Below are positions 52,788 through 64,000 of a DNA stretch of 64,000 nt, piece by piece. Position numbers and translations under genes: made by a program. Position 1 is the stretch's first letter, and each line of letters begins with the position of its first letter. The stretch comes from the human T2T-CHM13v2.0 reference genome, Homo sapiens. The notes below the pieces were generated by a model, which was not told the DNA's origin, searched no databases, and saw nothing but the letters and a program-made list of their open reading frames with translations. The DNA lies in the NCBI RefSeq assembly GCF_009914755.1, contig NC_060940.1. One strand, given 5' to 3'.

Positions 52788-53129
52788 GCATAAGCTATGG
52801 GTCCAAATTCATTTTTTTGCATGTGGATACAAAGAGAGGATGGTGCAAGAGCTGTGAAGAACATGGGAGGAACATACTGGAAGCTCTCTGTCTCTTTATG
52901 CTTCCTGTGTGTGTGTTTCTGCCGTGTGTGTGTGCATGCATGTGTGTGTCTGTGTATGTGTGCATAAGCTATGGGTCCAAATTCATTCTTTTGCACATGG
53001 ATACAAAGAAAGGATGGTGCAAGAGCTGTGAAGAACATGGGAGGAACATACTGGAAGCTGTCTCTTTATGCTTCCTATCTATGTGTTTCTGCCGTGTGTG
53101 TGCGTGCATGCATGTGTGTGTGTGTGTGT
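52788..53129 (+). repeat. Tandem duplication, period 174 bp
   Basis: Two copies starting GCATAAGCTATGGGTCCAAATTCATT at 52788 and 52962; >90% identical outside the TG tracts. Confidence 0.93.
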
Positions 53130-53659
53130 TTCTCTGTCTGTGCTGGTCTCACAGTCTCTCTTTTATGTGAATACATAGTTTCCTTAACAGTGTGTACTTT
53201 TCCTCTAACAACTGTACCCTGATGCTTTTGGAAATTCTCTGAACTACTTTTCCTTTTACTATGGTAATAAGCCTTCAGAAACATAATTGAATTCAGATAT
53301 TAAATACTGTAAGCACTATCATTTAGCTTCTGATGAAAATGTGCATTATTGTATTTGAAACGATAAAAGAAAGAGTGAATCAAAACAACATTTTTTTTCT
53401 TCCTCCTGTGAAGTCTTTGTGTGGAATAACTCAATCTCTTGTAGGCTGCATTCTCTGTGATGTGGGAAATAGAACCAGGGCTATTAGGCAGAGATAAGAT
53501 GTGGTTTCCAATTCTGCAGCACTGTGGGAATCTGCTCCATTGTAGGTTTTATCACCTTCCGATTTGCCAAGTATTTCTAGCAGGGAGAGCACAGAGCTAA
53601 TCATCGTGGGAGATGGATACAGGAAAAGAACATGAACTTTGGAGTTAGCCATTTACTTG

Positions 53660-53750
53660 CTCATTCATTCAATCAAATAATACTTATTGATCACAGATGC
53701 TGGACACTCAACTAGGTGCTGGGGATACAATACCTGACAAGAGTGACAGG
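53660..53750 (-). mobile_element. L2 3' terminus
   Basis: TCATTCATTCAATCAAATAATACTTATTGA ... CTAGGTGCTGGGGATACA. Confidence 0.7.
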
Positions 53751-53958
53751 ATCTGAATTCAAAGAGTTTGCTAGCGCTACTTTTACTACATGGTGGGGGT
53801 TTTCATTTTGGTCATTATTTAACTTCCTTGACCCTACTTTTTGATCTATGCAGCTCTGTCAACCCTATTAGGGTGATGTCAAACATAATTGGGGGCATAG
53901 CAAGAGTTTCTTGCTTAAGCCGTATGGGTCAAGGTGGTCACCATTTTCTATTTACAGC

Positions 53959-54274
53959 TTTTTTTTTTTTTCAGATTATTACTTTTTTTGAGACAGGGTC
54001 TTGCTCTGTTATACAGGCTGGAGTGCAGTGGTGCAATCGTAGCCCACTGCAGCCTTGAACTCCTGGGCTCAGGCGATCCTCCCATCTCAGCCCTCTCAAG
54101 TAGCTGGGACTACAGACATGTGCCACCACTCCCAGCTGATTTTTTTTTCTTTCTGTAGGGATGGGATCTCATTGTGTTGCCCAGGCTGGTCTTAAACTCT
54201 TGGGCTCAAAACAATTCTCTCACCTCAGCCTCCCAAAGTGCTGGAAATACAGGCACGAGTCACCGTGCCTGGCC
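53959..54274 (-). mobile_element. AluJ (Jo/Jr)
   Basis: ATCGTAGCCCACTGCAGCCTTGAACTCCTGGGCTC. Confidence 0.9.
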
Positions 54275-54848
54275 AGCATTTTCTTTTCTCTTCCACTGAA
54301 CCCCCAAACGAGGCTTTTAAATTGCTTCTCACTTTTGCTCTTGGTTGATGCATGAGCTCTGTGCCATATGGGCAGTCAACTGGACCTTGCAGATTCATGC
54401 TCCAAGAAGGCTAGAAAATTCTCCATTTTTTAGGTTTCTATGCATAGAAAATTGGTCATAAGGTGCTATAAATTTTCCTAAAAGAAAAGTAGGAGACATC
54501 AGAGGGAAAAGAGAAACATTTCTGAGGCAAACTATTGTATTTTCTTTCTCCTGATACTGTTCCCATCTGGCTCCCTTTTCATAGAATTTGGGTGTTTCTG
54601 TAGAGTTAGGAGAGGCACAGAATTAGGAAAAGTTTTGAAAGCTCTGCAGAGTCATTCTTGTGACCTGTGTCAGTCTTGGTCAAAAATGTATACGCTGAAA
54701 CAGACAAGAGGAGTTGCATTAACTGTCCTGTTTGTAATTCTTTCATGAAATGAAAATACTAAAATATTGTACATTAATCTCACGTAGCTTGGACTTTTCC
54801 TGTGTTTCAGCCTCTGGGCCACTCATGGTCTAACGCTTTGAGACAGGA

Positions 54849-55364
54849 TGCTGGATGCTGCCTGATATTCATTCTTCCCTTCGTTCTTCTTTCTTAGTCA
54901 CAGAATTCTGATTCTCAGCTAGATACATGACTTCCCAACCAGAAGTTTACTCTTTTTTTAACCTCTTTCAAAGCTAGATGTGATGTGTAACTAAATTCTG
55001 GCCAAAGGGCTGTAGGTAGAAGTGTCTCAAGAGTCTTCTGGAGAGTCTCCTTAAAAAAGAAGAGTGTGTCCTTTCTCCTTCTTCTTAGCTGGAACTTGGT
55101 TGTGATGGCAGGAGCTTGGTCAGCTCTCTGGTACCATGAAGTCAACATGCTGAGGTTAGTGGAGCAATAAGATTAAAAAGCCCAGGTCTCTGAAACCATA
55201 GAGCTGCTGTACCAATCTTGAGTTATCTACACTGGGCTATTTTTATATGAGAAAAAAACAAACTTATTTTCCTTCCTTCCTTCCTTCCTTCCTTCCTTCC
55301 TTCCTTCCTTCCTTCCTCTTTCCTTCCTTCTCTTTTGTTATAGACAGCTGAACCCCTCAATATG
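54849..55364 (+). mobile_element. MLT1J-like LTR with (CCTT)n at ~55270-55330
   Basis: GCTAGATGTGATGTGTAACTAAATTCTGGCCAA ... GTGATGGCAGGAGCT ... TTTGTTATAGACAGCTGAAC. Confidence 0.72.
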
Positions 55365-55369
55365 CTTTT

Positions 55370-55499
55370 ATTTTAAACAAGAAGAAACAACCCAGAGAGG
55401 GTATATGACTTACCTTGGATTCCAGTGGCAGGACTGTGATTAGAATCCAGCTTTCCTGACTTGAAGTACAAATCTCTTCCAATAATCTCAAACTGCCTC
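55370..55499 (-). mobile_element. MIR fragment
   Basis: CCCAGAGAGGGTATATGACTTACC ... TAGAATCCAGCTTTCCTGACT. Confidence 0.6.
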
Positions 55500-56066
55500 T
55501 TGTTAATTTTGGGTCCGGTGTAAAAACAGGAAATACTGGACAAGTCAGATATATATCATTAAAATTGCTAGAGAATCACCAGCGAATGAGATGAAGGAAC
55601 ACCAAAGGCATGCTTCTAGTATATCATGGATATTCTGGAACATGTGGATGTCCAAAAATGCATAGATTTCTTCCTCCTTTTTTTTTTTAAAGAATGAAGT
55701 AAGACAAATTGAGAGATTAGTCCATCAGCCAATATTGATTTCCTTGAAAATGGTTGGCATGGAACAATTACACCTACTGACTAGTTGATATAACAAATTG
55801 TGAGTTGAAATGAAGTGGAATTACTTGGTCTTGGTAGAGTCCCGGGGGTGGGGGTGCATGTGTTTGTAAAGTTGAGTTGAGTTCATAATGGTGCTTTTAG
55901 AGAAAATTCCTTTAGAAGCTTTGTTTAGAGAAAGCAGGGACATAATAGTCCTCTCGGATGTGTACACATAATTAAGTGGCTTTTACGGCTGAATCGGGCT
56001 TCTTTTCCTGCTGTGGTGGCATCTTCTTCTTGTTTAAAGCTTTTGTTTTTAAAGTATGAAATGGTT

Positions 56067-56445
56067 TATATGTGGAATCTAAAAAAGTAGATTCCACAGG
56101 CACAGAGAAGAGAAAGGTGGTTATCAGAGGCTGGGTGGAGAGGAGGAGGGATTGGGAAAAGAAAGATATTTCTCAAGGGGCACAAAGTTTCAATTGGATA
56201 GGTGGGATGTTTTAGAAAACTATTGTACTGCGTAGTGACCATAGTTAATAATGATGTATTGTACAATTCATATTTGCTAACAGATTTTTAAAATTCTTAC
56301 CAACAAAATGTGATAAGGTGGTGAGGTAACAGGTACGTTATTTAGCTTGATTGACTCTTTCTGCAGTGTACCCACAGATCAAGACATCACATTGTATCCC
56401 ATAAATATACACAATTATTATTTGTCAATTAAAAGTGAACTACTT
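56067..56445 (+). mobile_element. L1MA5/6-type 3' end
   Basis: TGTGGAATCTAAAAAAG ... GTGACCATAGTTAATAAT ... ACATCACATTGTATCCCATAAATATACACAATTATTATTTGTCAATTAAAA. Confidence 0.85.
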
Positions 56446-56571
56446 TTAAAAATCATGAAACAGCTTGTAAAATGGGAACAGTGTGATATGGTAAAGATCA
56501 ATACATGAAAATATTTGACTTAGTGTTTACTGGTGTAATGTGAAACAATAAAATTTATTGTCTTCTGATAG

Positions 56572-56891
<320 letters not shown>

Positions 56892-57543
56892 AGCTGGTGC
56901 TTTTTTAGAGTCAGGGCACTGTTTGAACAGTCGTTCTGAGGAGGCAGGAGTCTGACTGACTTGGAATGTGGGCTGGAAAACCACAATTTGAGTCTTTAAA
57001 AATCCCTGAAATGTTGAAAGTGGTAAAAGTAAATCGAAACCCATTCCATGAAGATGTCACCTCCTTCAGAAAGCCTACCTTGATATTCAAGTCTTGTTTG
57101 TCGGATCCTCCCACTGGCTCTCAAGCACCCTGGGGGTTTGACTGTTAGAGCACATATGGCAGTGTGTTACTGGAACTTGTTACATGTACACCTATAGCAA
57201 TACTTATCCAGCCCTTAGCATCATCTATCTAACCTTCACCATGACCATCTTAGGTAACATTAGTATTGTTCCTACTGTTTTTTATTATCGTTATTTTGCA
57301 AAAGTTTAGTCTTTCAGTGGCTTGTTCAGGGTCTAACAGTGAGTAAATATAAAAGGCAGAATTTAAACCTAGTTTTTTTTTTTTTTTATTTTCTACCCAA
57401 CTAATAACAATGTACGATTATGGAAATAAGAGAAAATTCAGAGGACTGAAGGTTGGCACACAGTAGATAAGTTAGCAACACCTGTCAAATGCTTCAAAGA
57501 TGTGCATAACCTGTGAGTTATCCTTTTTATTTCTAGGGATTTA

Positions 57544-58009
<466 letters not shown>

Positions 58010-58529
58010 CTAGTATTACACTCTTCATTTCTGGAAGAAACAAAGTAATTTAAGGCTAAGCATGCAACTGAGTTCTGAGGTTTTCCTTGCTGCAGAGGTT
58101 CTCTAAAAGTCTTAATTCCTGTAATGCAGTTTGGATATTAACTTTTGGCTGCTTTGCCCCCAAACCAATTTGAATGTAGGAGGCTAACGGTACACCAATG
58201 TCCTCTTCCAGATTTCCAATATCCTGAAGACCTTGGGCAACAGCTTTTGGCCTTGCAGGGAGTTCTCAGGCTACAATTGCAGTTTCTGACAAGCATTTCC
58301 TTCTCTCTCCACATTTTGCCTCCCCTCCAAGCCCAGTAATGAGGAATCCAGTATAGAATAATTAGACTGTGATTGGGGTGCCTGCCAATTATGCTGATGG
58401 AACTGAAGTCTTATTAGACTAATAAGGTTTTCTAAATTGGACTTGGGGTTCTTGGTGATGTGAGTATTCCTGAGAGAAGTTGCTCAAGTATTGAAAATGA
58501 GTTTACCTAAGGATAAATGTTCACCTTGG

Positions 58530-58700
58530 GTGAACTGGAGTGAGAAGTGGGTTCACAATCGAATTCTGCCACTCATCCGCTATGGGACCTCAGGCAAGCA
58601 TTTCAATTTACACATGGAGAATCAGTCTCCCGCCCTATCAGTAAAATGGCAAAACTAATTCCCACACACCTGAAAAGATTAAGAGGATAATGAGCTAAAA
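58530..58700 (+). mobile_element. MIR fragment
   Basis: GGGTTCACAATCGAATTCTGCCACT...CTATGGGACCTCAGGCAAG ... GTAAAATGG. Confidence 0.6.
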
Positions 58701-61171
58701 AAGCAGCACGACCTGTGATATTTTACGTGAATTATCTTATAAAGCTTAACTTTAAGCATGGTTACTTAATCATTCTACATAGCAAACAATAAAATACAGG
58801 TAATCATATTATTATCATTACAAATGTCGCATAATCTTGAAGAGTTTTGCAGACAGGGAAACTTGCATTTGAATCTCATCCACAACACTGACAAATACTG
58901 TTTTGTCACGCTTAACCTTGGTTTATCTCTGTCCTTAAATAAAGAATAAAAACAGTAACAAAAATCGTAGGTCATGTGACATCGTTATGAGGTTAAATCA
59001 ACGAATACATGAAAAGTGCCTTTACCACACTGCCTGACTTAGGAAAGGAATTTCCCGTTACTGACTGAACGGAAGTGTGATTGAGATAATTATTTTCAAT
59101 TGAACTTGAAATATATTGCTGGTACAAGTTTTCCAATTCAAGGATGTCCAAATGTACAAAACATATTTACATCAGGATTGTGATGCTATTCATGTTATCT
59201 GTAATCCTATGCGTTAAGATGATTTTGGAAATAATTAGATCAAATCAACTAAAGAAAAAAATACTTTTTCATATAATGGTTAATTAAGTCTAGAGTTTAA
59301 GTTGAATTCAAGATCTTGAACCTCATTAACAACAGTGTGTCTTTTTGTTCATCTCTTGCGTCTCTTCATCTTTAATCACGTATCTCCATGTGGATACTAG
59401 CCCTCCACGTGGGAAGTGTGGTTCTCTCTTCCAATGCTCAGATATTAATCATGGGAAAAGCTCTGAGACACTCTGCTTAGGTCTAATTTTAAAAAGTGCT
59501 ATTGGTTCAACTGGAGTTGCTATCCCCATTTCAAAGCCTTCAGAGGCATCCTGGCCAGAGATCTCAAAGTCCTTACATAGCTTCTGACGCCTAACCTCTG
59601 TCTGTGCTAATCTTAGCAGCAATAGGGTCCCCTACTGTAATGACATCCAAATTCCTATTTTAGAAATTTCTCTAATTCCACATTTCCTGACAATAAGAGT
59701 TAAGCAGGGAATGGCAAGGAACTCTGGTAGCTAGTGAGGAATTTTTCCTTTCTTAGAAAGGACAGAGCAATGTTAGCATGACCTAGAGAACATCCACTTA
59801 TTCTGCAAACACACCTTAACCATACTGTTGGAAGGCTCCTTAATACGAGGGTTTGAGAAATGAAGATGTAACATTGGGTTGTTTGGAGCTCCCATGTTTG
59901 GAGGGACAAACATTTCACAAATGACCGAAGTTAATATTGAGAAGTATTATAATAAGAATAATAACACTGAGTGAACAGGCCAGTAAACCAGCCAGAGCTG
60001 GGTTTTCAGTGTCTAATAGGTCTCCTGGAGAAGACACTCCCTCATTTGGATCCTACAGGATGGGCAGAAGTCATTTTGCCCTGAAATGGAGAGTAGAACC
60101 ACTCCATATGATTGGTTGCCCTCCAACCTGCTGTCTTTTGGGAAGGCCTGAAGAGCTGCTTCACAGGTGGACTACAGATCCCCTGGCACAAGATAACATC
60201 ATGCTTTACCAAGGTGGACACATCTGGGTAAGACAAGAAGAAATATTTTTAAAAAGAAAAAAGAAAAAAGTGAAAGAGAAGAAAAAGAAGCAAAAAAAAA
60301 AAAAAAATAGTGTTTACCCAGTGCCTGTGTCCCAGTGAGAAGAGATTGAGCTGCCAATAATTGAGCAAGTCTCTCTGATGATACAGATTAAACCAGAAGG
60401 GCCAACAGTAAACAAGATGAACTTCAAAAGAGCAGCGTTCTGGCTCTCTGGGGACCTCCATTAACGAGTCACCAGATAGGCAATTACTGTACAGTTCTTG
60501 CAATGACCGGGATCAAACGCGAGCATTCTGCACAGTAGGCAGTCAGAAAGCAGGCAGACAAAAAACTGTGAGAATATGCCATTAAATCTTAATTATTCTT
60601 CAAAGAGAGCAAGCACAACCAGGGGGCAGAGAAGGAAGGAATATTCAGAATCTCACCAATGCCTGGGGCTCGGGGCAGTAGCACAGCTACTGTTTCAATG
60701 CTTGTATTTACTTAAAACTGAATCTCTCCTTCTGACTTCTGCGATGGGCCGGGGAATTTGGTTTACATAAGCAGCCCCGTTTCTCAGACCCTCTGTATCT
60801 TCTTCTGGAGTATATGAAGGCTGTGGTACCAGGCCAAATTTTGCACACAAGGTTTGAGTTAGAATGATTGATATTTTTATGATGCAAAGAAATAGCACAC
60901 CCTCCAGTGTTGACCACAGATAACACTCGAATTCAGAGTAGTGTTTTCGTGCCTTTGGAATTAATAGTCTCTGTTCTGTAATTCACAGGCATCAAGTGTC
61001 ATGCTAGTCACGTGTCATTTCCCTGAGGCACACAACTGAGGTGTCCTTGATTAGTGCATGAAGCCACAGCATCCTAAACTTAACACGTGGTCCTGGTTAA
61101 ATGGAAGGCTTAAGGAACTCAAAAGGTGTTAATTTTGAATGCTGATTTTCAATACTGTATGTATCACTCCG

Positions 61172-61201
61172 GTGTGCGTGTGTGTGTGTGTGTGTGCGTG
61201 T
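61172..61201. repeat. (TG)n with CG interruptions (alternating purine-pyrimidine)
   Basis: Direct reading. Confidence 0.88.
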
Positions 61202-61302
61202 AAGAGAAATTGAGATTTTATAGAATATATGAATTTAGATCCCATTTTTATCACTTAGCATTATGGTTTTAAATATTCTGTATCTGTAGGAGAAGCTAAC
61301 CC

Positions 61303-61598
61303 AGCACTCACAGTGGACATACAATGTGAAACGTGTGTAATTTTAAGTTTGCCAGTAGCCACATTTAAAAAAAGATATAGCTAAAATTAATCCCAGTAAT
61401 ATATTTTATGGAACCCAATATATTCGCAATATTATTCTAATATAAAAATTATTAATGAGATATTTTACATTCTATTTTTTTTTTTTTTTGCACTGCCTGA
61501 AATCCAGTCTGCATTTTGCAATTCCTGCTTATCCCAACTTGAACTAGCCACATTTCAAGTTCACTTGGGGCTGCTGGTTTTCATACTGGACGGCCCAG
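61303..61598 (-). mobile_element. MER33
   Basis: AAAAATTATTAATGAGATATTTTACATTC ... ACTAGCCACATTTCAAGT. Confidence 0.85.
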
Positions 61599-61959
61599 GA
61601 GTAGACTGTGTCCCCAGTTCCATTCCAGGTCATTTCTACCTGTAAACTTTCATCTAAGAAAGATGTGCTATGCTGTACAGAAACTTCTGTTTGGCTGCCA
61701 CCAGCCTAGTAAAATAGATTAGACATCTATGACCTAAAATCTGCAAAACCGTAAATGAAGAGGCCTGTGATGGGGTCAACCTTGACAACTTCTCAGCACA
61801 ATAGCTGTGTTCGAGGTCACAATGAGGACTGCACCAATGAGATCCTCTACACTGGATAGTTTGAACTTGGGACAAAGGGAGACCCCCCAAGTCTTTTTCC
61901 TTCACTCTCCATTCAGCCATCGGAAGCACTCTGTATGAGAAAGGGAGAAGGGCAAATTG

Positions 61960-62080
61960 GAGTTCCCAGGACTTGTTTGTGCATACGAATCACGATAATG
62001 CTTTTGAAAAGGTAGATTCCCAGGCCTTACCACAAGAGATTCTGAATCAGTTTGGAGGTATCTGTCTAACAAGTCACCTT
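61960..62080. mobile_element. MER5-family fragment
   Basis: GCATACGAATCAC ... AGATTCCCAGGCC ... AGAGATTCTGAATCAGT. Confidence 0.55.
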
Positions 62081-62175
62081 TTCAATTAAAAAGAATTCAT
62101 TATAGAAGCAGCCCACTGAGCTTTGAGAGGAAACACACAACCCCATCACCCTACTCTGTAACCCCCATGTATTGC

Positions 62176-62723
62176 TGTGATGGTTAATACTGAGTGTCAA
62201 CTTGATTGGATTGACGGATGCAAAGTATTGTTCCTGGGTGTATCTGTGAGGATGTTGCCAAAGGAGATTAACATTGGAGTCAGTGGACTGGGAGACGCAG
62301 GCTCACCTTGAATCTGGGTGGGCACCATTTAATCAGCTGCCAGCATGGCTAGGATAAAAGCAGATAAAGGAACGGGAAAGGATTAGACTGGGCTGAGTCT
62401 TCCAGCCTTCATTTCTCTCTTGTGCTGGGTGCTTCCTGCCGTCAAACATCGGACTCCAAGTTCTCCAGCTTTTGGACTCTTGGGGTGTTGCACCAGTGGT
62501 TTCCCAGGAGCTCTCAGGCCTTCCGCCACAGACTGAAGGCTGCACTGTCGGCTCCCCTACTTTTGAGATTTTGGGACTTGGACTGGCTTCCTTGCTCCTC
62601 AGCTTGCAGACAGCCTGTGTGGGACTTTGCCTGGTGATTGTGTGAGTCAATACTCGTTAATACAGTCTCTTTCAGATATACAACTATCCTATTAATCCTG
62701 TTCCTCTAGAGAACCCTAATACA
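62176..62723 (+). mobile_element. MLT2A2 ERVL solo LTR
   Basis: TGTGATGGTTAATACTGAGTGTCAACTTGATTGGATTGA ... CTCTAGAGAACCCTAATACA. Confidence 0.92.
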
Positions 62724-63141
62724 AAGACGTTTGCCTCACAATCTTTCATGTTTGGGGGTAAAGAAATGAGAAACTGCAAAATGAAGTGACTTCTTAACTG
62801 CACTCTGATTGCAGTATTCTATTCCCCGCCTCGCCCTCCCGCCCCTCACACACACAATTGTTCCACCTTCCCTGCACTGTGTGGCTTTACTTATACTGTG
62901 GAAAATCTGCAGACATGTTGGATTATCCACCTTTTACCCCAAGTGTTTCCTTCCCGTGTTCCTTACTTTTTCTCAGCCCCGTTTACTATCCTTAGGTACT
63001 TGTAAAATCACGAAACAAGATCCCTGCTCCAAAGACATTTGTAGAAGACAAAACAGACCTTTCAAGAGAAGATGATGCCTATGACTGGGGTTCCATAGCA
63101 AATGGTACATACAGGAGCCACTGAAGATGACATGTGGAAGT

Positions 63142-63510
63142 TGTCTGTTCTCACACTACTATGAAGAAATACCTGGGACTGGGTAATTTATAAAGGAAAG
63201 AGGTTTAATTGACTCACAGTTCTGCATGGCTGGGGAAGCCTCAGGAAACTTAAACTTACAATCTTGGCAAAAGGCAAAGGAGAAGCAGGCACCTTCTTCA
63301 CAGGGCAGCAGGACAGAGTGAGTGCAAGAAGGGGAAATGCCAGACGCTTCGAAACCCATCAGATCATGTGAGATTCCCTCACTATCACAAGAACAGCATG
63401 GAGGAAACCACCCCCATGATCCACTTACCTCCACCTGGTCCCAGGTGGGACTTACAGGGATTACAATTCTAGGTGGGATTTGGGTGGAGACATAGAGCCA
63501 AACCATATCA
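63142..63510 (-). mobile_element. THE1C-type solo LTR
   Basis: ...GAGCCAAACCATATCA end; perfect 5-bp TSD GAAGT at 63137-63141 and 63511-63515. Confidence 0.9.
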
Positions 63511-64000
63511 GAAGTGTTGTTTACATTTCCTTAGCTCTTCAAAAGCTAATTTCCCCAATTTCAACTTGACTGTAAATGTGAAATCTTCATTCTTCAACTG
63601 TTTGCATCACCTTTGAGTGATTCCTCAACCTAACCAAAGAGTTCTCTAGTAAGAAAATTAAACACTCAAACCTGGCTGCTTATTGTTGTAATCAATAGTA
63701 GAGCCTTGACTTTCATAACACATCCTCACTTAGAAATGCTTCATAATCTCATGACTTTGTAAATGTGACTGTGTTTTGTGTGGACTTGAACCACAGTGAA
63801 GCTTGATGTCCGTAGTGTTCATTTTTTAATGGATATTTTACTATGCAGAAAATATTTGCACACACATTGTCTCTTCTGGCCCTTGAAACATTCCTTGTGT
63901 GGCTGAAGAAAGTCAATAGTGGAACCATTTAATAGATAAGGACATTGAAGTTCAGGCATATTAAATGCAAAATCACAGGATGATGGGATGGCACAGTCAA

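Noticed and set aside
52694-53170. 158 aa ORF with a repeated CKSC-containing peptide
   Set aside because: The repeat comes from the DNA tandem duplication of L1/TG sequence; no recognisable domain.

Overview
Primate (human-like; species and locus not determinable from sequence alone) non-coding genomic DNA, intronic or intergenic in character. I find no credible protein-coding exon, RNA gene or CRISPR array; the ORF track consists of Alu-, LTR-, LINE- and low-complexity-derived or chance ORFs. Much of the window is interspersed repeat: about 22 Alus (J, S, Y), 5'-truncated L1s (L1PA7, L1PB, L1MA, L1MB, L1MC), L2 and MIR relics, MaLR and ERVL solo LTRs (THE1B/C, MSTB/C/D, MLT1, MLT2A/B, LTR33-like) and DNA-transposon MITEs (MER1A, MER3, MER5, MER20, MER33, MER53, MER81, MER85, MER102, MADE1, Tigger2a). 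Family and subfamily names come from my recall of consensus sequences, not from a search, and boundaries of old elements are approximate. I found no clearly new biological system. The most interesting signals are: (1) a MER1A flanked by a ~150-bp direct duplication instead of an 8-bp TSD; (2) an L1PA7 stub with ~200 bp of probable 3'-transduced DNA inside MER20; (3) a dispersed ~400-bp duplication that preserves an Alu empty site; (4) an exact 20-mer shared by unrelated repeats 19 kb apart; (5) an L1MC4 segment with an unusually similar inverted copy; (6) several hairpins apparently perfected by template switching; (7) a TAATTG-rich minisatellite; and (8) an RFX/octamer-containing unique block followed by a canonical-looking 96-nt intron, a candidate 5' end of an unannotated spliced lncRNA.
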